Positions 15,765 to 24,112 of a stretch of 29,625 nt of DNA are shown here, piece by piece; position 1 is the first letter of the stretch; each line of letters begins with the position of its first letter. The stretch comes from a virus (Duplodnaviria; Caudoviricetes), in IMG/VR virus record IMGVR_UViG_3300025635_000120, positions 1 to 29,625 of that record. The stretch is one strand, 5' to 3'. Position numbers and translations under genes: made by a program. The notes beneath the pieces were generated by a model that saw only the letters and a list, made by a program, of their open reading frames with translations, searched no databases and was not told the origin of the DNA.

Positions 15765-16156
15765 TTGAACGTATGTGCACCGGTTGTGGCACTACATTCG
15801 TGCAGTACAACTCCCTGCAAAAGAAGTGTGGTAAGTGTGCATACAACCTCAACGCCAAGCCCAAGAAGCCGATGAAGCGTATGGGTAAGGTCGGCAAGCA
15901 ATGGGTATCTGACCGGAACGAGTGGATAAGCAACCACCCGCCATCCCATGAGGGCTACTGGTACTGTGTGATCGGCGGCGGAGCTTTGACTATAGATACA
16001 TTAACTATAGACCACGATATCAGCCGAGGTCGTGACCAGTCCAAGCGAAGCGACCAGGACAATTTACAGCCTATGTGTGGCTTTCACAATGGCGACAAGG
16101 GCAGTTTATCCACAGCTGAGTATCTGTTAAAGAGGCCAGACTTAAAATGTCGTTGA
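15761..16156 (+). CDS. HNH endonuclease with N-terminal Zn finger
   Basis: CTGC..CGKC, then TIDH...NLQPMCGFHNGDKG. AAGGAGG RBS, GTG start. Confidence 0.85.
   Translation: MIERMCTGCGTTFVQYNSLQKKCGKCAYNLNAKPKKPMKRMGKVGKQWVSDRNEWISNHPPSHEGYWYCVIGGGALTIDTLTIDHDISRGRDQSKRSDQDNLQPMCGFHNGDKGSLSTAEYLLKRPDLKCR
16106..16114 (+). promoter_or_regulatory. Perfect DnaA box (within HNH 3' end)
   Basis: TTATCCACA about 40 bp upstream of the 16153 promoter. Confidence 0.4.
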
Positions 16157-16181
16157 CATAGTATACCGCTTGTGCTAGTAT
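16153..16181 (+). promoter_or_regulatory. sigma70-type promoter
   Basis: TTGACA, 17 bp spacer, TGc-TAGTAT. Confidence 0.7.
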
Positions 16182-16212
16182 GTAGTTGTACTACTAAAAA
16201 GAAAGGGCAACC

Positions 16213-16419
16213 ATGCAGTACGAAGAAACACCAATAAAAACAAAAGTAACAGCCAAAGACAACGCTCTCAAAGAGCTTGCAAGGCTCGGAACTCTTAGCA
16301 TCCTATGGTTCATAGTGAAGCGGCACAAGGTCGGTCTACTAGCAACTTGGGCTGTGATAATGACAGCGTTGGTAGTATGTCCACCGCTACCACAGATCAT
16401 CATTGGCTTGATGGTGTAA
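16213..16419 (+). CDS. Small membrane protein
   Basis: Preceded by AAAGGGCAACC-ATG; hydrophobic C-terminal half. Confidence 0.7.
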   Translation: MQYEETPIKTKVTAKDNALKELARLGTLSILWFIVKRHKVGLLATWAVIMTALVVCPPLPQIIIGLMV

Positions 16420-16440
16420 TATATACACAGATGCGTTTTT

Positions 16441-16750
16441 TGCGAGCACCTGAACGTTAACAACTTGCATAGATAGAATTGGTGAGTAGTAGTTCGTGCA
16501 GGGGGCAGACATGCTTCAGAGAATGACACCCTGGGTTAGATATACGTGGAGTGAGTAAGCTTGAAGCTTGGCGTATATCGGCTGGAATAATGCCGCAGCC
16601 TGTGCAACGAGGCTCAATAGAGTTACAGGGTAGCTGGTATGGGAGGCGAGCAATCGCCAATTAGACGGAAACGTCAGCATTTTACGGCCTAGTATCAGTC
16701 CTGTAGCTCACATGTAAGATTTATGACTGATGTGGAGTCGTTCATAAATA
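16441..16750 (+). ncRNA. Candidate large structured ncRNA, family unknown
   Basis: Helices at 16539-16546/16572-16579, 16597-16601/16610-16614, 16620-16629/16700-16709, 16634-16640/16692-16698 and 16719-16726/16742-16749. GNRA hairpins GGCGA-GCAA-TCGCC and GACG-GAAA-CGTC. Confidence 0.65.
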
Positions 16751-16784
16751 AGAAAAAGACCCGTCCAGCTTCGGGTCTTTTTCT
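16751..16784. terminator. Bidirectional Rho-independent terminator
   Basis: AGAAAAAGACCCG-8 nt-CGGGTCTTTTTCT, between convergent transcription units. Confidence 0.9.
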
Positions 16785-16884
16785 ATGTATTTGTTTTGTA
16801 CGCAAATAGGTGGTTACCAACGATCTATGATTGGGAGAACACAAAGGTGCGTGCTGGTACTCTAGTTATACGCTTACGGTTATT

Positions 16885-17073
16885 TTAGTCAATGTGATTT
16901 ATATCACTAATTGGTACATCTGGGTTATACCTGTGGACAACATCAGCAAAGTCAGCGTCTATCTCGGCAATAAGTTTTACCATACCGCCCTTAATAGTAT
17001 CCCACTCCTCTATACCTTCGGCTACTAGTGCGTCGAATTCACCGAAATTAAATCTTAGGCTGCTCTCGGCCAT
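16885..17073 (-). CDS. Hypothetical acidic protein
   Basis: 62-aa ORF overlapping the upstream ORF. Confidence 0.5.
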   Translation of the reverse strand: MAESSLRFNFGEFDALVAEGIEEWDTIKGGMVKLIAEIDADFADVVHRYNPDVPISDINHID

Positions 17074-17248
17074 CTTCTAATACAGCGTCTATCATGACTG
17101 CTGCTCCTGAGTTTGGGTGATCGCCATGTGTGATACCGAGGTCGGGCACTGGTCGTATTACTCTGGCTATTGCACGAGCTATACCCTCCATTGGTGGTGG
17201 GCATTTAATTATCTTTATCTCTGGGAACTGGTTATTGTCAGCTTCCAT
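17048..17248 (-). CDS. Hypothetical protein
   Basis: 66-aa ORF, possibly leaderless from a weak promoter near 17255-17282. Confidence 0.5.
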   Translation of the reverse strand: MEADNNQFPEIKIIKCPPPMEGIARAIARVIRPVPDLGITHGDHPNSGAAVMIDAVLEDGREQPKI

Positions 17249-17287
17249 GTTCTAGGTATACACCCAGGAATCTAGAATGCAAGAACT

Positions 17288-17353
17288 TTATACGCTCCGT
17301 GCTATTGCTATAACAAGCAAGACGGCCAAGAGTATCCAGATAATGTCTGGCAT
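17288..17353 (-). CDS. 21-aa hydrophobic peptide MPDIIWILLAVLLVIAIARSV
   Basis: TAATG overlap with the holin stop; a single TM segment. Confidence 0.5.
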   Translation of the reverse strand: MPDIIWILLAVLLVIAIARSV

Positions 17354-17538
17354 TATTTTGCCTCCGTTGGTTGCAGAAACAGGTTCATAACTGCTGAGAT
17401 TCCGGCAGCTACAGCTGCGATCAAGACCGCTTTGCCCGTCTCTAGGTTTACTACTGTTGTTGCACTCACAGCTAAAGCTGAGAGAAATGTTTGCACAAAT
17501 GTTTTAAGTGCTCGAATTGCTAATACGTTAAAACCCAT
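17353..17538 (-). CDS. Holin (r1t-like)
   Basis: RALKTFVQTFL motif, two TM segments, adjacent to the endolysin. Confidence 0.8.
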   Translation of the reverse strand: MGFNVLAIRALKTFVQTFLSALAVSATTVVNLETGKAVLIAAVAAGISAVMNLFLQPTEAK

Positions 17539-17540
17539 GA

Positions 17541-18296
17541 TTAACCTTTCTTTGTTACTATTTTGTACATTGAATCCAGGAAGCCTCGTTCGTCAGGAGT
17601 ACAGTTACCCCCGTCACCATATTTAGCTTTCATCTTGGCCTCAAGGTTCTCTTTAGTGACATCATCGCCTAGCAGGGCTTGTGCCTTTTTCCAAAACTCA
17701 TACCTTGCTACCAGACTAGCGTAGCGGTCTTTGTATTCTTGTGAGGTGTAAGCCCAGAAAAGAAGTGGTGCCCAGTCTTTGCCTACGAACCGAGCATACT
17801 CTGCCTCTGTTGGTGCTCTATCTAGAGCCAATTTGAAAACTGTATCTACTCCGCCTCTATCTACCATGTTTGCCATTTCTTCTCCTACTCTCTGTCCTAC
17901 TTGGACGTTAATTTGACTCAGATGGCAATAGCTATCGACCCAGCCATCATCACTTCTAATATCTATAAACTTACCAAACGTACCGTCACCCGCACTTTTA
18001 GGATACACGCCAATGACAACGCCAGGCTTAAATGCGTTCTGAGGCTTGCGTACATTGGCATAGTTGCCAGCAGTGTGTTCCTGGATATGAAGATGGGCAG
18101 CTGCGGGCGTACCCTTATTGCCTTGTGCATCGTATACCTCACCAGTCGCACCCGTCAGGCCAATAACCTGTCCATTGATTGCTAATGGGGTACCTATGGG
18201 GCACGGCCTATCCTCACCTTTGTGGGGTCGGAGAGCTGTATATGGCCACGAGGTAGCCCCGTAAGGGAAGTTGACGGCGTAGTCTTGTGCGGTCAT
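17541..18296 (-). CDS. Endolysin, M23 peptidase with rearranged motif order plus helical C-terminal domain
   Basis: HKGED (HxxxD), IGLTGATG, HLHIQ and YCHLSQINVQVGQRV motifs; position in the lysis cassette. Confidence 0.85.
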   Translation of the reverse strand: MTAQDYAVNFPYGATSWPYTALRPHKGEDRPCPIGTPLAINGQVIGLTGATGEVYDAQGNKGTPAAAHLHIQEHTAGNYANVRKPQNAFKPGVVIGVYPKSAGDGTFGKFIDIRSDDGWVDSYCHLSQINVQVGQRVGEEMANMVDRGGVDTVFKLALDRAPTEAEYARFVGKDWAPLLFWAYTSQEYKDRYASLVARYEFWKKAQALLGDDVTKENLEAKMKAKYGDGGNCTPDERGFLDSMYKIVTKKG

Positions 18297-18304
18297 ACTA
18301 CTCC

Positions 18305-18616
18305 TTATTCGTCGTTACGGTAGTAAACAATGGCTAGGATAGTAGCCGAACAGAGGCCAGTTAGGGCATTAAATATGGCGGATACATGACGAGCATTAGG
18401 TATCAAGTTTCCGTCAATCTGCCGATGGAAGTTCACATATACTGATAAGATTGAGTTGAACATCATAACACAGACAAGAGATATGAGTAGACGCTTGAGC
18501 CACTGCAACTCTGTGGGCGGTTTGAGTATCCGTATCTGACGTATCACCACATAGGTAAGTATACAAATGGTTGCTAGTCTAATAATTATTGATGCGGTTG
18601 TGTAGCCGTCTATCAT
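18305..18616 (-). CDS. 3-TM membrane protein (holin-like)
   Basis: Three hydrophobic segments; directly upstream of the endolysin. Confidence 0.65.
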   Translation of the reverse strand: MIDGYTTASIIIRLATICILTYVVIRQIRILKPPTELQWLKRLLISLVCVMMFNSILSVYVNFHRQIDGNLIPNARHVSAIFNALTGLCSATILAIVYYRNDE

Positions 18617-18774
18617 TTATGCCCTCCTGTGGCTGCATATACCTTCAAAGTAATACCATTCGCCAACTTTTTGTTTATTTGTTTTTGGATACTAATATCT
18701 GTATTTATTCTATTGTGAAAATCCTGCTTGATTTCTTCTATCTCTTTCTCTTGGCGTTTGCGTCTGAAAAACAT
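18613..18774 (-). CDS. 53-aa basic coiled-coil protein
   Basis: Not in track. MFFRRKRQEKEIEEIKQDFHNRINTDISIQKQINKKLANGITLKVYAATGGHK; TAATG and ATGA overlaps. Confidence 0.65.
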   Translation of the reverse strand: MFFRRKRQEKEIEEIKQDFHNRINTDISIQKQINKKLANGITLKVYAATGGHK

Positions 18775-18986
18775 TAGCTGCCTCCACCTGATAGTTTAGC
18801 AAGCAATAGTTTAGCAGTCTGTGAGAATTCAGACATGATAGCATCATACTTATCTCTGTTCTCTATGCCGTCCTGCCTACGCTGTTCATATAGGGTCTCT
18901 ATTCTACGGTTCTGATACACCACTACAGCTACCAAGGCGGTGATGACTACCCCTGCTAGCCCGTATTGTGATAGTACATCTGTCAT
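18774..18986 (-). CDS. Single-TM plus coiled-coil protein (BhlA/holin-like)
   Basis: QYGLAGVVITALVAVVVY followed by a charged helix. Confidence 0.65.
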   Translation of the reverse strand: MTDVLSQYGLAGVVITALVAVVVYQNRRIETLYEQRRQDGIENRDKYDAIMSEFSQTAKLLLAKLSGGGS

Positions 18987-18988
18987 AA

Positions 18989-19480
18989 TTATGCCACTTC
19001 GTAAGTGCCTGTAATAGCGAATACGTCAGTGTTTGCCCATGTCATAGGTTGAGTAGATGTTATGTTTTGTTTGGCTGTGTTGGAATCCAGATACACCATT
19101 TTTGCTGTGGTAGTAGTCACAAGATTACAAACCCCAGTATATGTTGTTGTACCCGTGTCTGTTATCTCTACTTGACCTATTGGTGTACCCGTCAAATAAC
19201 TGCTTGCTGTGATTGGTAGAGTGAACGTAGGAATAGATCCCATTGTCGAAGAACTAAGTGTAACTTCTAGCCTAAAGTGCACCGTCTTGCCGACTTGCGT
19301 ATACTTAGCTGTCACCGTAGCACTACCCTTTGTAAAGTTAGCAAACGTAGGTGTCCACGTTTGCCACGGAAGGTTATCGCCTAGAAACGAATAGAAATGG
19401 GCATCATTCGTACCAAGTATGTTCCATTTTGCTGCTGATGGTTGTTCCCCATAGACTACTGACCAAGATGCGTAAGCCAT
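18989..19480 (-). CDS. Tail fibre/receptor-binding-like protein
   Basis: PSAAKWN N-terminus; WQTWTPT..AKYTQVGKTVH..FTLP..ITGTYE beta-rich head domain. Confidence 0.75.
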   Translation of the reverse strand: MAYASWSVVYGEQPSAAKWNILGTNDAHFYSFLGDNLPWQTWTPTFANFTKGSATVTAKYTQVGKTVHFRLEVTLSSSTMGSIPTFTLPITASSYLTGTPIGQVEITDTGTTTYTGVCNLVTTTTAKMVYLDSNTAKQNITSTQPMTWANTDVFAITGTYEVA

Positions 19481-19534
19481 TTATATTTGCCCTTGTGTTA
19501 TATTCATACTCTATATGTAACCGAGTGTGTGATA

Positions 19535-19548
19535 TTCGTCAACAACTA
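19535..19548 (-). repeat. 14-bp motif TAGTTGTTGACGAA, copy 1
   Basis: Identical to 25652-25665. Both copies lie upstream of structural genes. Confidence 0.7.
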
Positions 19549-19577
19549 TTGACATTGTGGCATAAGTAGAATAGACT
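19549..19577 (+). promoter_or_regulatory. Promoter of the moron gene
   Basis: TTGACA, 17 bp spacer, TAGACT. ATG is 9 bp downstream (near-leaderless). Confidence 0.7.
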
Positions 19578-19586
19578 GTAGTCACT

Positions 19587-20057
19587 ATGAAGAAATTACT
19601 TATCACATCAGCAGTTCTGTTATCAGTTACAGGTATAGGTTCTTATGGACTAACCCACAACAGTGCCCAGTCAGAAGACAATACACCTCAACGTGTAGAC
19701 CAGTTAGAAGGTCAGGTAGAGAATCACGAAGCTCGCATCACTAATACAGAAGCAGACGTAACAGATTTGCAAGAAAGCACGGGGACTCCACCTAGCTCTC
19801 AACGTACAGAAGTGCCGCAGTCAACACCTCAGAGCGAATCTCCACAGCCACCTACCCAACCGGAAGCTGCACCGGTTACGGTTGTGGCGTATGAGATACA
19901 GCCTATACCTGGTACAGAGAATGAGAACTGCAAATACACCTACTCAGATGGAACAAGCAAAGTATTCCTATGGCGTACTGTTGAATACAATCAAATCCGT
20001 GTGATTCACACTAGCGGAACATGTGATTCTAGGGTTATTGGTATGGTTAAGACCTAA
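19587..20057 (+). CDS. Moron: exported or membrane-anchored protein
   Basis: MKK plus hydrophobic signal, coiled coil, P/Q/S/T linker, small Cys-pair domain. Opposite strand within the tail module, with its own promoter. Confidence 0.8.
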   Translation: MKKLLITSAVLLSVTGIGSYGLTHNSAQSEDNTPQRVDQLEGQVENHEARITNTEADVTDLQESTGTPPSSQRTEVPQSTPQSESPQPPTQPEAAPVTVVAYEIQPIPGTENENCKYTYSDGTSKVFLWRTVEYNQIRVIHTSGTCDSRVIGMVKT

Positions 20058-20403
20058 TCCTCAACAAATACCATTTGAAGGTAAACACACCCCAGTTAGC
20101 AGAGAAACCAGCTAAAAAATTGATGTACAGATTAGTTCTATCTGTAGCGGCATAGAAATATGTTTGCATCCCAACAGTATTATTTGCCCCGCTATTAAAA
20201 GCTGTAACAGCCGGTAGAGGTTGATAAATACCATTCTGAAATATGGCAACCATAGGTATTGGAACAAAACCCGTGAAACCATGGGGAATGGTAGCAGCAG
20301 CATTATCAGTCCCCGCTGTTGTATCAATAGATGCAGTCCCAGACGATACCACTTCTATGTTGTCGAACTGGGGCACTCCTGTTAATGATTGATCTACGCT
20401 CAT
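20047..20403 (-). CDS. Minor tail protein
   Basis: TIPHG..FVP beta-sandwich motif and position in the module. Confidence 0.65.
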   Translation of the reverse strand: MSVDQSLTGVPQFDNIEVVSSGTASIDTTAGTDNAAATIPHGFTGFVPIPMVAIFQNGIYQPLPAVTAFNSGANNTVGMQTYFYAATDRTNLYINFLAGFSANWGVFTFKWYLLRIRS

Positions 20404-20411
20404 ATCACCTC

Positions 20412-21983
20412 CTATGGTGCTATCTTATCGCTTCCGCCGATGGTAGACATACCAATACGGAAGTACGTTGTTATTGTACGCTGCAGAACCATAATATCTT
20501 GCACAAAGCCCACGTCAGGGTCTAATTTGCTTCGTATATTGTAGACCCTCCAATAGCGACCTTGCCAACTAATCAGATCACCATTTTGGAGTTCTGGTAT
20601 AGCCCTGATGGTCAACTTCTGTAGATTCTCTATGTCTGAAAAATCATTGAGTAGCATTCGAGATAGTGAAGCTGCCCAACTCGCATTTTGTATGTATGGA
20701 TTGTCTATCTTATAGGGGTGCTCTTGATAAGCTGTAACAGATGAGTCATCTTTTTCTCGATAGTACAGGTCACCTACTTGTTTAGCAACCCTGCCAGACA
20801 ATACAAGCTGGGTTATATATGCTGTACTTGCGGAATTATTCTGGAATCTATACTTTACACTCTTAGCAAACGTACCAACATTTTTGACCGTGATACTGGC
20901 GGTAACATCAGTACCTGTTCCGTCTGCCAATGAATTAGCCACAAAATAAGATACTGTTCCACTTGATGTAGGGTCAGTGAGTGCCAACACAGGATCTTGA
21001 AACTCGAAAAATTGTTCCGTAAACGAGTTGCTAGGAACGTTGAAAGAGCTGAGAGGAGGTAGGTTAAATATGGTTTGTGCCGGCTGTTTCTGCCGTATGG
21101 GGGCGTTTACCTCTACCACATTTATAAGGTGATCTGTGTCGGGGGCTTCGGCATTTATAACCTGACCTGTGAGTAGTAGTCTCTGTACTGAGTTATACGG
21201 TGCAGTATCCCAGTGTTGCCTATCCCAGAACTTAAATTTGCCAGTCTCATCCTGAAATACATGTCCATACTCAGCTTGTGCTAAGTCGTCTATAATGCCA
21301 TCAAAGCGAGTGCCCTTCTCGAACAAACCAAATGGAATAATATTAATCCCTTGGTCTACCTCATACTGGCTTGTGGACATACCTAATGACTGAAACAGCG
21401 TCTCTATAACTTGACCCGTGAACTGTGCGGTGAACATAATTTCTTGGTCAAGATACCTGTTCTGAAAGAAGTCCACATAGTCCGCTCCCTGAAACAGCAA
21501 ACGTTTGCTACGGGCATCTGTTCTGGGTTGTCTTGTTCCAACACCCGCAAACTCCGGTACAGTTTGATCTATCCCCTCAAACTCAAACCCAGCACTAATC
21601 ATAAATGGTCGGCTCGGTAGCACAGACGTAAATAGTTCTGAATTGCCGCCCATATAGCGAGGAGTGAACCTACCCGATGTATTATCTATCTCTGCCTCTG
21701 CCATTGCTTTCGTTAAGCCTCCAGCTGGCATCTTCAAGCCATGTTCCCAGGCCAAAGACATCACATACTCAGACTCATCAAAGTAGTTATAAATGCTTGC
21801 CCCGCCAATAGCCCCTGGGTTTATGCCTATCCCATCATTGCCCCCTATAAGCGAAACCCCAATAGTAAATGTCCTGTTACCAATGTTTGTATCCTTTTTC
21901 CAGGATACTTGCAAACTATGGGCAATAGAACGGACGGTATCCCGTTCCTCTGCGGTAAATGCGGATGATACACTTTGCACCAT
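20412..21983 (-). CDS. Tail tip/baseplate hub protein
   Basis: IDNTSGRFTP, LAQAEYGHVFQDETGKFKF and PELQNGDLI motifs; follows the Dit-like gene. Confidence 0.75.
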   Translation of the reverse strand: MVQSVSSAFTAEERDTVRSIAHSLQVSWKKDTNIGNRTFTIGVSLIGGNDGIGINPGAIGGASIYNYFDESEYVMSLAWEHGLKMPAGGLTKAMAEAEIDNTSGRFTPRYMGGNSELFTSVLPSRPFMISAGFEFEGIDQTVPEFAGVGTRQPRTDARSKRLLFQGADYVDFFQNRYLDQEIMFTAQFTGQVIETLFQSLGMSTSQYEVDQGINIIPFGLFEKGTRFDGIIDDLAQAEYGHVFQDETGKFKFWDRQHWDTAPYNSVQRLLLTGQVINAEAPDTDHLINVVEVNAPIRQKQPAQTIFNLPPLSSFNVPSNSFTEQFFEFQDPVLALTDPTSSGTVSYFVANSLADGTGTDVTASITVKNVGTFAKSVKYRFQNNSASTAYITQLVLSGRVAKQVGDLYYREKDDSSVTAYQEHPYKIDNPYIQNASWAASLSRMLLNDFSDIENLQKLTIRAIPELQNGDLISWQGRYWRVYNIRSKLDPDVGFVQDIMVLQRTITTYFRIGMSTIGGSDKIAP

Positions 21984-21984
21984 T

Positions 21985-22341
21985 TTAAGCCTCTGTAAGT
22001 ATTAGATCGAAGTTGGACAGGTAATCTTCACCTTTGACGTTGAAACCCCGTTCTATGAGGTCTATGTGTACTGTGGTGGCCGATATAGTGTAGTTTGGTT
22101 CTGTTACAGACCAGGACTTAGCAATAGCATTTGATAGATAACTATTATATATAGCCCTAATTACAGCATAATCGGTCGCATTGGTTGTTTTATACTGGAG
22201 CCTCCATACACGCTTGTTATCCCCAAAGTAGTCACGGTTTACTTGGCCATCAAGCGTTCGGTTCTGAGCATACTGACTGTCGTTCTTTTCAGATAGCTCA
22301 TGTGGTGCTCGTATCTCTGTGCCGTCTAATATGTATGCCAT
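21985..22341 (-). CDS. Distal tail (Dit-like) protein
   Basis: Follows the tape measure gene with TAATG overlap; RTLDG..KRVWRL..LTE. Confidence 0.7.
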   Translation of the reverse strand: MAYILDGTEIRAPHELSEKNDSQYAQNRTLDGQVNRDYFGDNKRVWRLQYKTTNATDYAVIRAIYNSYLSNAIAKSWSVTEPNYTISATTVHIDLIERGFNVKGEDYLSNFDLILTEA

Positions 22342-24110
22342 TATGCAGTCCTCCTTGCCGTACCCATACTTTGTAGGTCGTTCCATGCATCCATAATCAT
22401 CTGGGCATATTGTCGAGCGTCTTGTTGGCTACCCATAAATGCTCCGGCCTGTACAGTAATGTTGACTGTCTGAGCTGAACCCATCTTCGGCATACCGGTG
22501 CTCTGGTCAACCTGGCTTTGGGGCACGACATATTCACCTTTGTGAACTATACCCGCTACTTCATTTATGCCACCAGCTCCGGTATAACCACCAGTAGCAA
22601 AACTGCCTTGCTGGGCTAGCCCCGCCAAAGCCCGCCTAGCTGCTTCTTGTTGCTGTGGCGTACCGTTCTTAACTAAAGCCTGTAGTCTGCCAATCACTGC
22701 TTCGTTTGAGGATCCAGCTTGTCGGGTCGCATTGAGCGTATCATCAATAGCCTGTTTTGTTTTCATTGCAGCGTCATACACCATTGCTAGTGCTGCAAGT
22801 GCTGCTCCAATGCCTATTGCCCCAAATACAGTCGGCAGGGCTATCAAACTTTGTAGAGCACCAACACTTGCCATGACATTTGGTATAGTGATTAATCTTA
22901 GCGTATTAAAGCCAATGGTCAGAGCATTAAATACTTGCGTGAAAGCCATCTCTGCAGCCAATAGACCAAATGCTCCAGCAAGTGCAATTACAAATGGGTT
23001 ACCATCTTGTATAGCTTTCACAACCCATGCAATGCTATCAAGAAGGCCGTTTAATATATCAACCACACCTCCAATAGCAACAACGAGTAGCGTACCAAAC
23101 ACAGGGATCAATGGTTCTATTACATTGTGCCAAAGATCGTTGAGTATTGGCATGATCTTATCTCGTATCGTATTATACAGAGCCTCGAACTTCGGTAAAA
23201 GATAGTCCCCAACCTGTATGGCAACATCTTGTATGTTTGTTGCCCACTGTTGGAGTGTTGGTAATATCTGGTTTATTGAATCCTTAACGATTTGTATAGC
23301 ACGGGGCAAGTTCTCGATAAGCCAAGCAGCTCCATTTCGTACTCTATCAAAGAGACTGCCAGCTTTTATATCACCGGTCTGGGTGATACCCACTAGCTCT
23401 CTGGCAGTCTGGCCAATGTTATCTTTCAACGTAGAGAATAGGCCAGACAAAGACTTGCTCTGTTTTGCCATAGTACCGTGGAACTTGCCACCTTCGGACG
23501 TCATCAACTCAAAGGCTTTTTGAACTTCAGGGAATCCGACTTTGCCTGCTTCAATCATCCCAGTCAGAGCTTTTTCGTTTGTGTTTAACACTTTGGCCAG
23601 GTACTCATAGATAGGAACACCACGCTGGGCAAACTGTCGTATATCAATAGTAAATGCTCGGCCTTGTGTTTTCAGTGTACCCATCAAGTAAGACAGGTCG
23701 CCAATAGGAGCACCAATAGCAGCCGAGACATCGCCCAGTTGCTTCATGGTCTTGATTGCATCCTCGCCACTGAATCCGAAGGCGATTAACTGTTTAACTG
23801 AGCCAGCTAACTCCGGAAACTCAAACGGGGTGTCGGCGGCAAACTTGCTAACCTCTGATAATACGGCTCTAGCTTTATCGGCCGAACCAAGCATATTCTC
23901 CAATCCAATGCGGGTTTGTTCAAAGTCGGCAGCAGACTTGATGGCAAATCCTGTGGCTGCGGTAGCAGCAGCTCCCATAGCGACCGCCCCCCTCTTAGCA
24001 ACATTGACAACAGATGCCCCCATGCTCTCAACACGGTCAGAAAACCCTTTCAGTATTGCCGAGGCTCGATCTTCTGCTGTGATGACTGCTTTGATGTTTG
24101 CTTGTGCCAT
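22341..24110 (-). CDS. Tape measure protein
   Basis: ITAEDRAS, FAADTPFE and STLKDN motifs, amphipathic repeats, FATGGYTG..AGIVHKGEYV. Confidence 0.93.
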   Translation of the reverse strand: MAQANIKAVITAEDRASAILKGFSDRVESMGASVVNVAKRGAVAMGAAATAATGFAIKSAADFEQTRIGLENMLGSADKARAVLSEVSKFAADTPFEFPELAGSVKQLIAFGFSGEDAIKTMKQLGDVSAAIGAPIGDLSYLMGTLKTQGRAFTIDIRQFAQRGVPIYEYLAKVLNTNEKALTGMIEAGKVGFPEVQKAFELMTSEGGKFHGTMAKQSKSLSGLFSTLKDNIGQTARELVGITQTGDIKAGSLFDRVRNGAAWLIENLPRAIQIVKDSINQILPTLQQWATNIQDVAIQVGDYLLPKFEALYNTIRDKIMPILNDLWHNVIEPLIPVFGTLLVVAIGGVVDILNGLLDSIAWVVKAIQDGNPFVIALAGAFGLLAAEMAFTQVFNALTIGFNTLRLITIPNVMASVGALQSLIALPTVFGAIGIGAALAALAMVYDAAMKTKQAIDDTLNATRQAGSSNEAVIGRLQALVKNGTPQQQEAARRALAGLAQQGSFATGGYTGAGGINEVAGIVHKGEYVVPQSQVDQSTGMPKMGSAQTVNITVQAGAFMGSQQDARQYAQMIMDAWNDLQSMGTARRTA

Positions 24111-24112
24111 GA

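Noticed and set aside
16501-16750. tmRNA, RNase P RNA or intron identity for the structured RNA (starts GGGGGCAGAC)
   Set aside because: No T-arm/CCA 3' end, no GAGGAAAGUCC, and no recognisable group I core or group II domain V.
15761-16784. IscB/HEARO-type RNA-guided nuclease (HNH next to structured RNA)
   Set aside because: The HNH protein is only 131 aa, lacks PLMP and RuvC motifs, and is separated from the RNA by a promoter and another gene.
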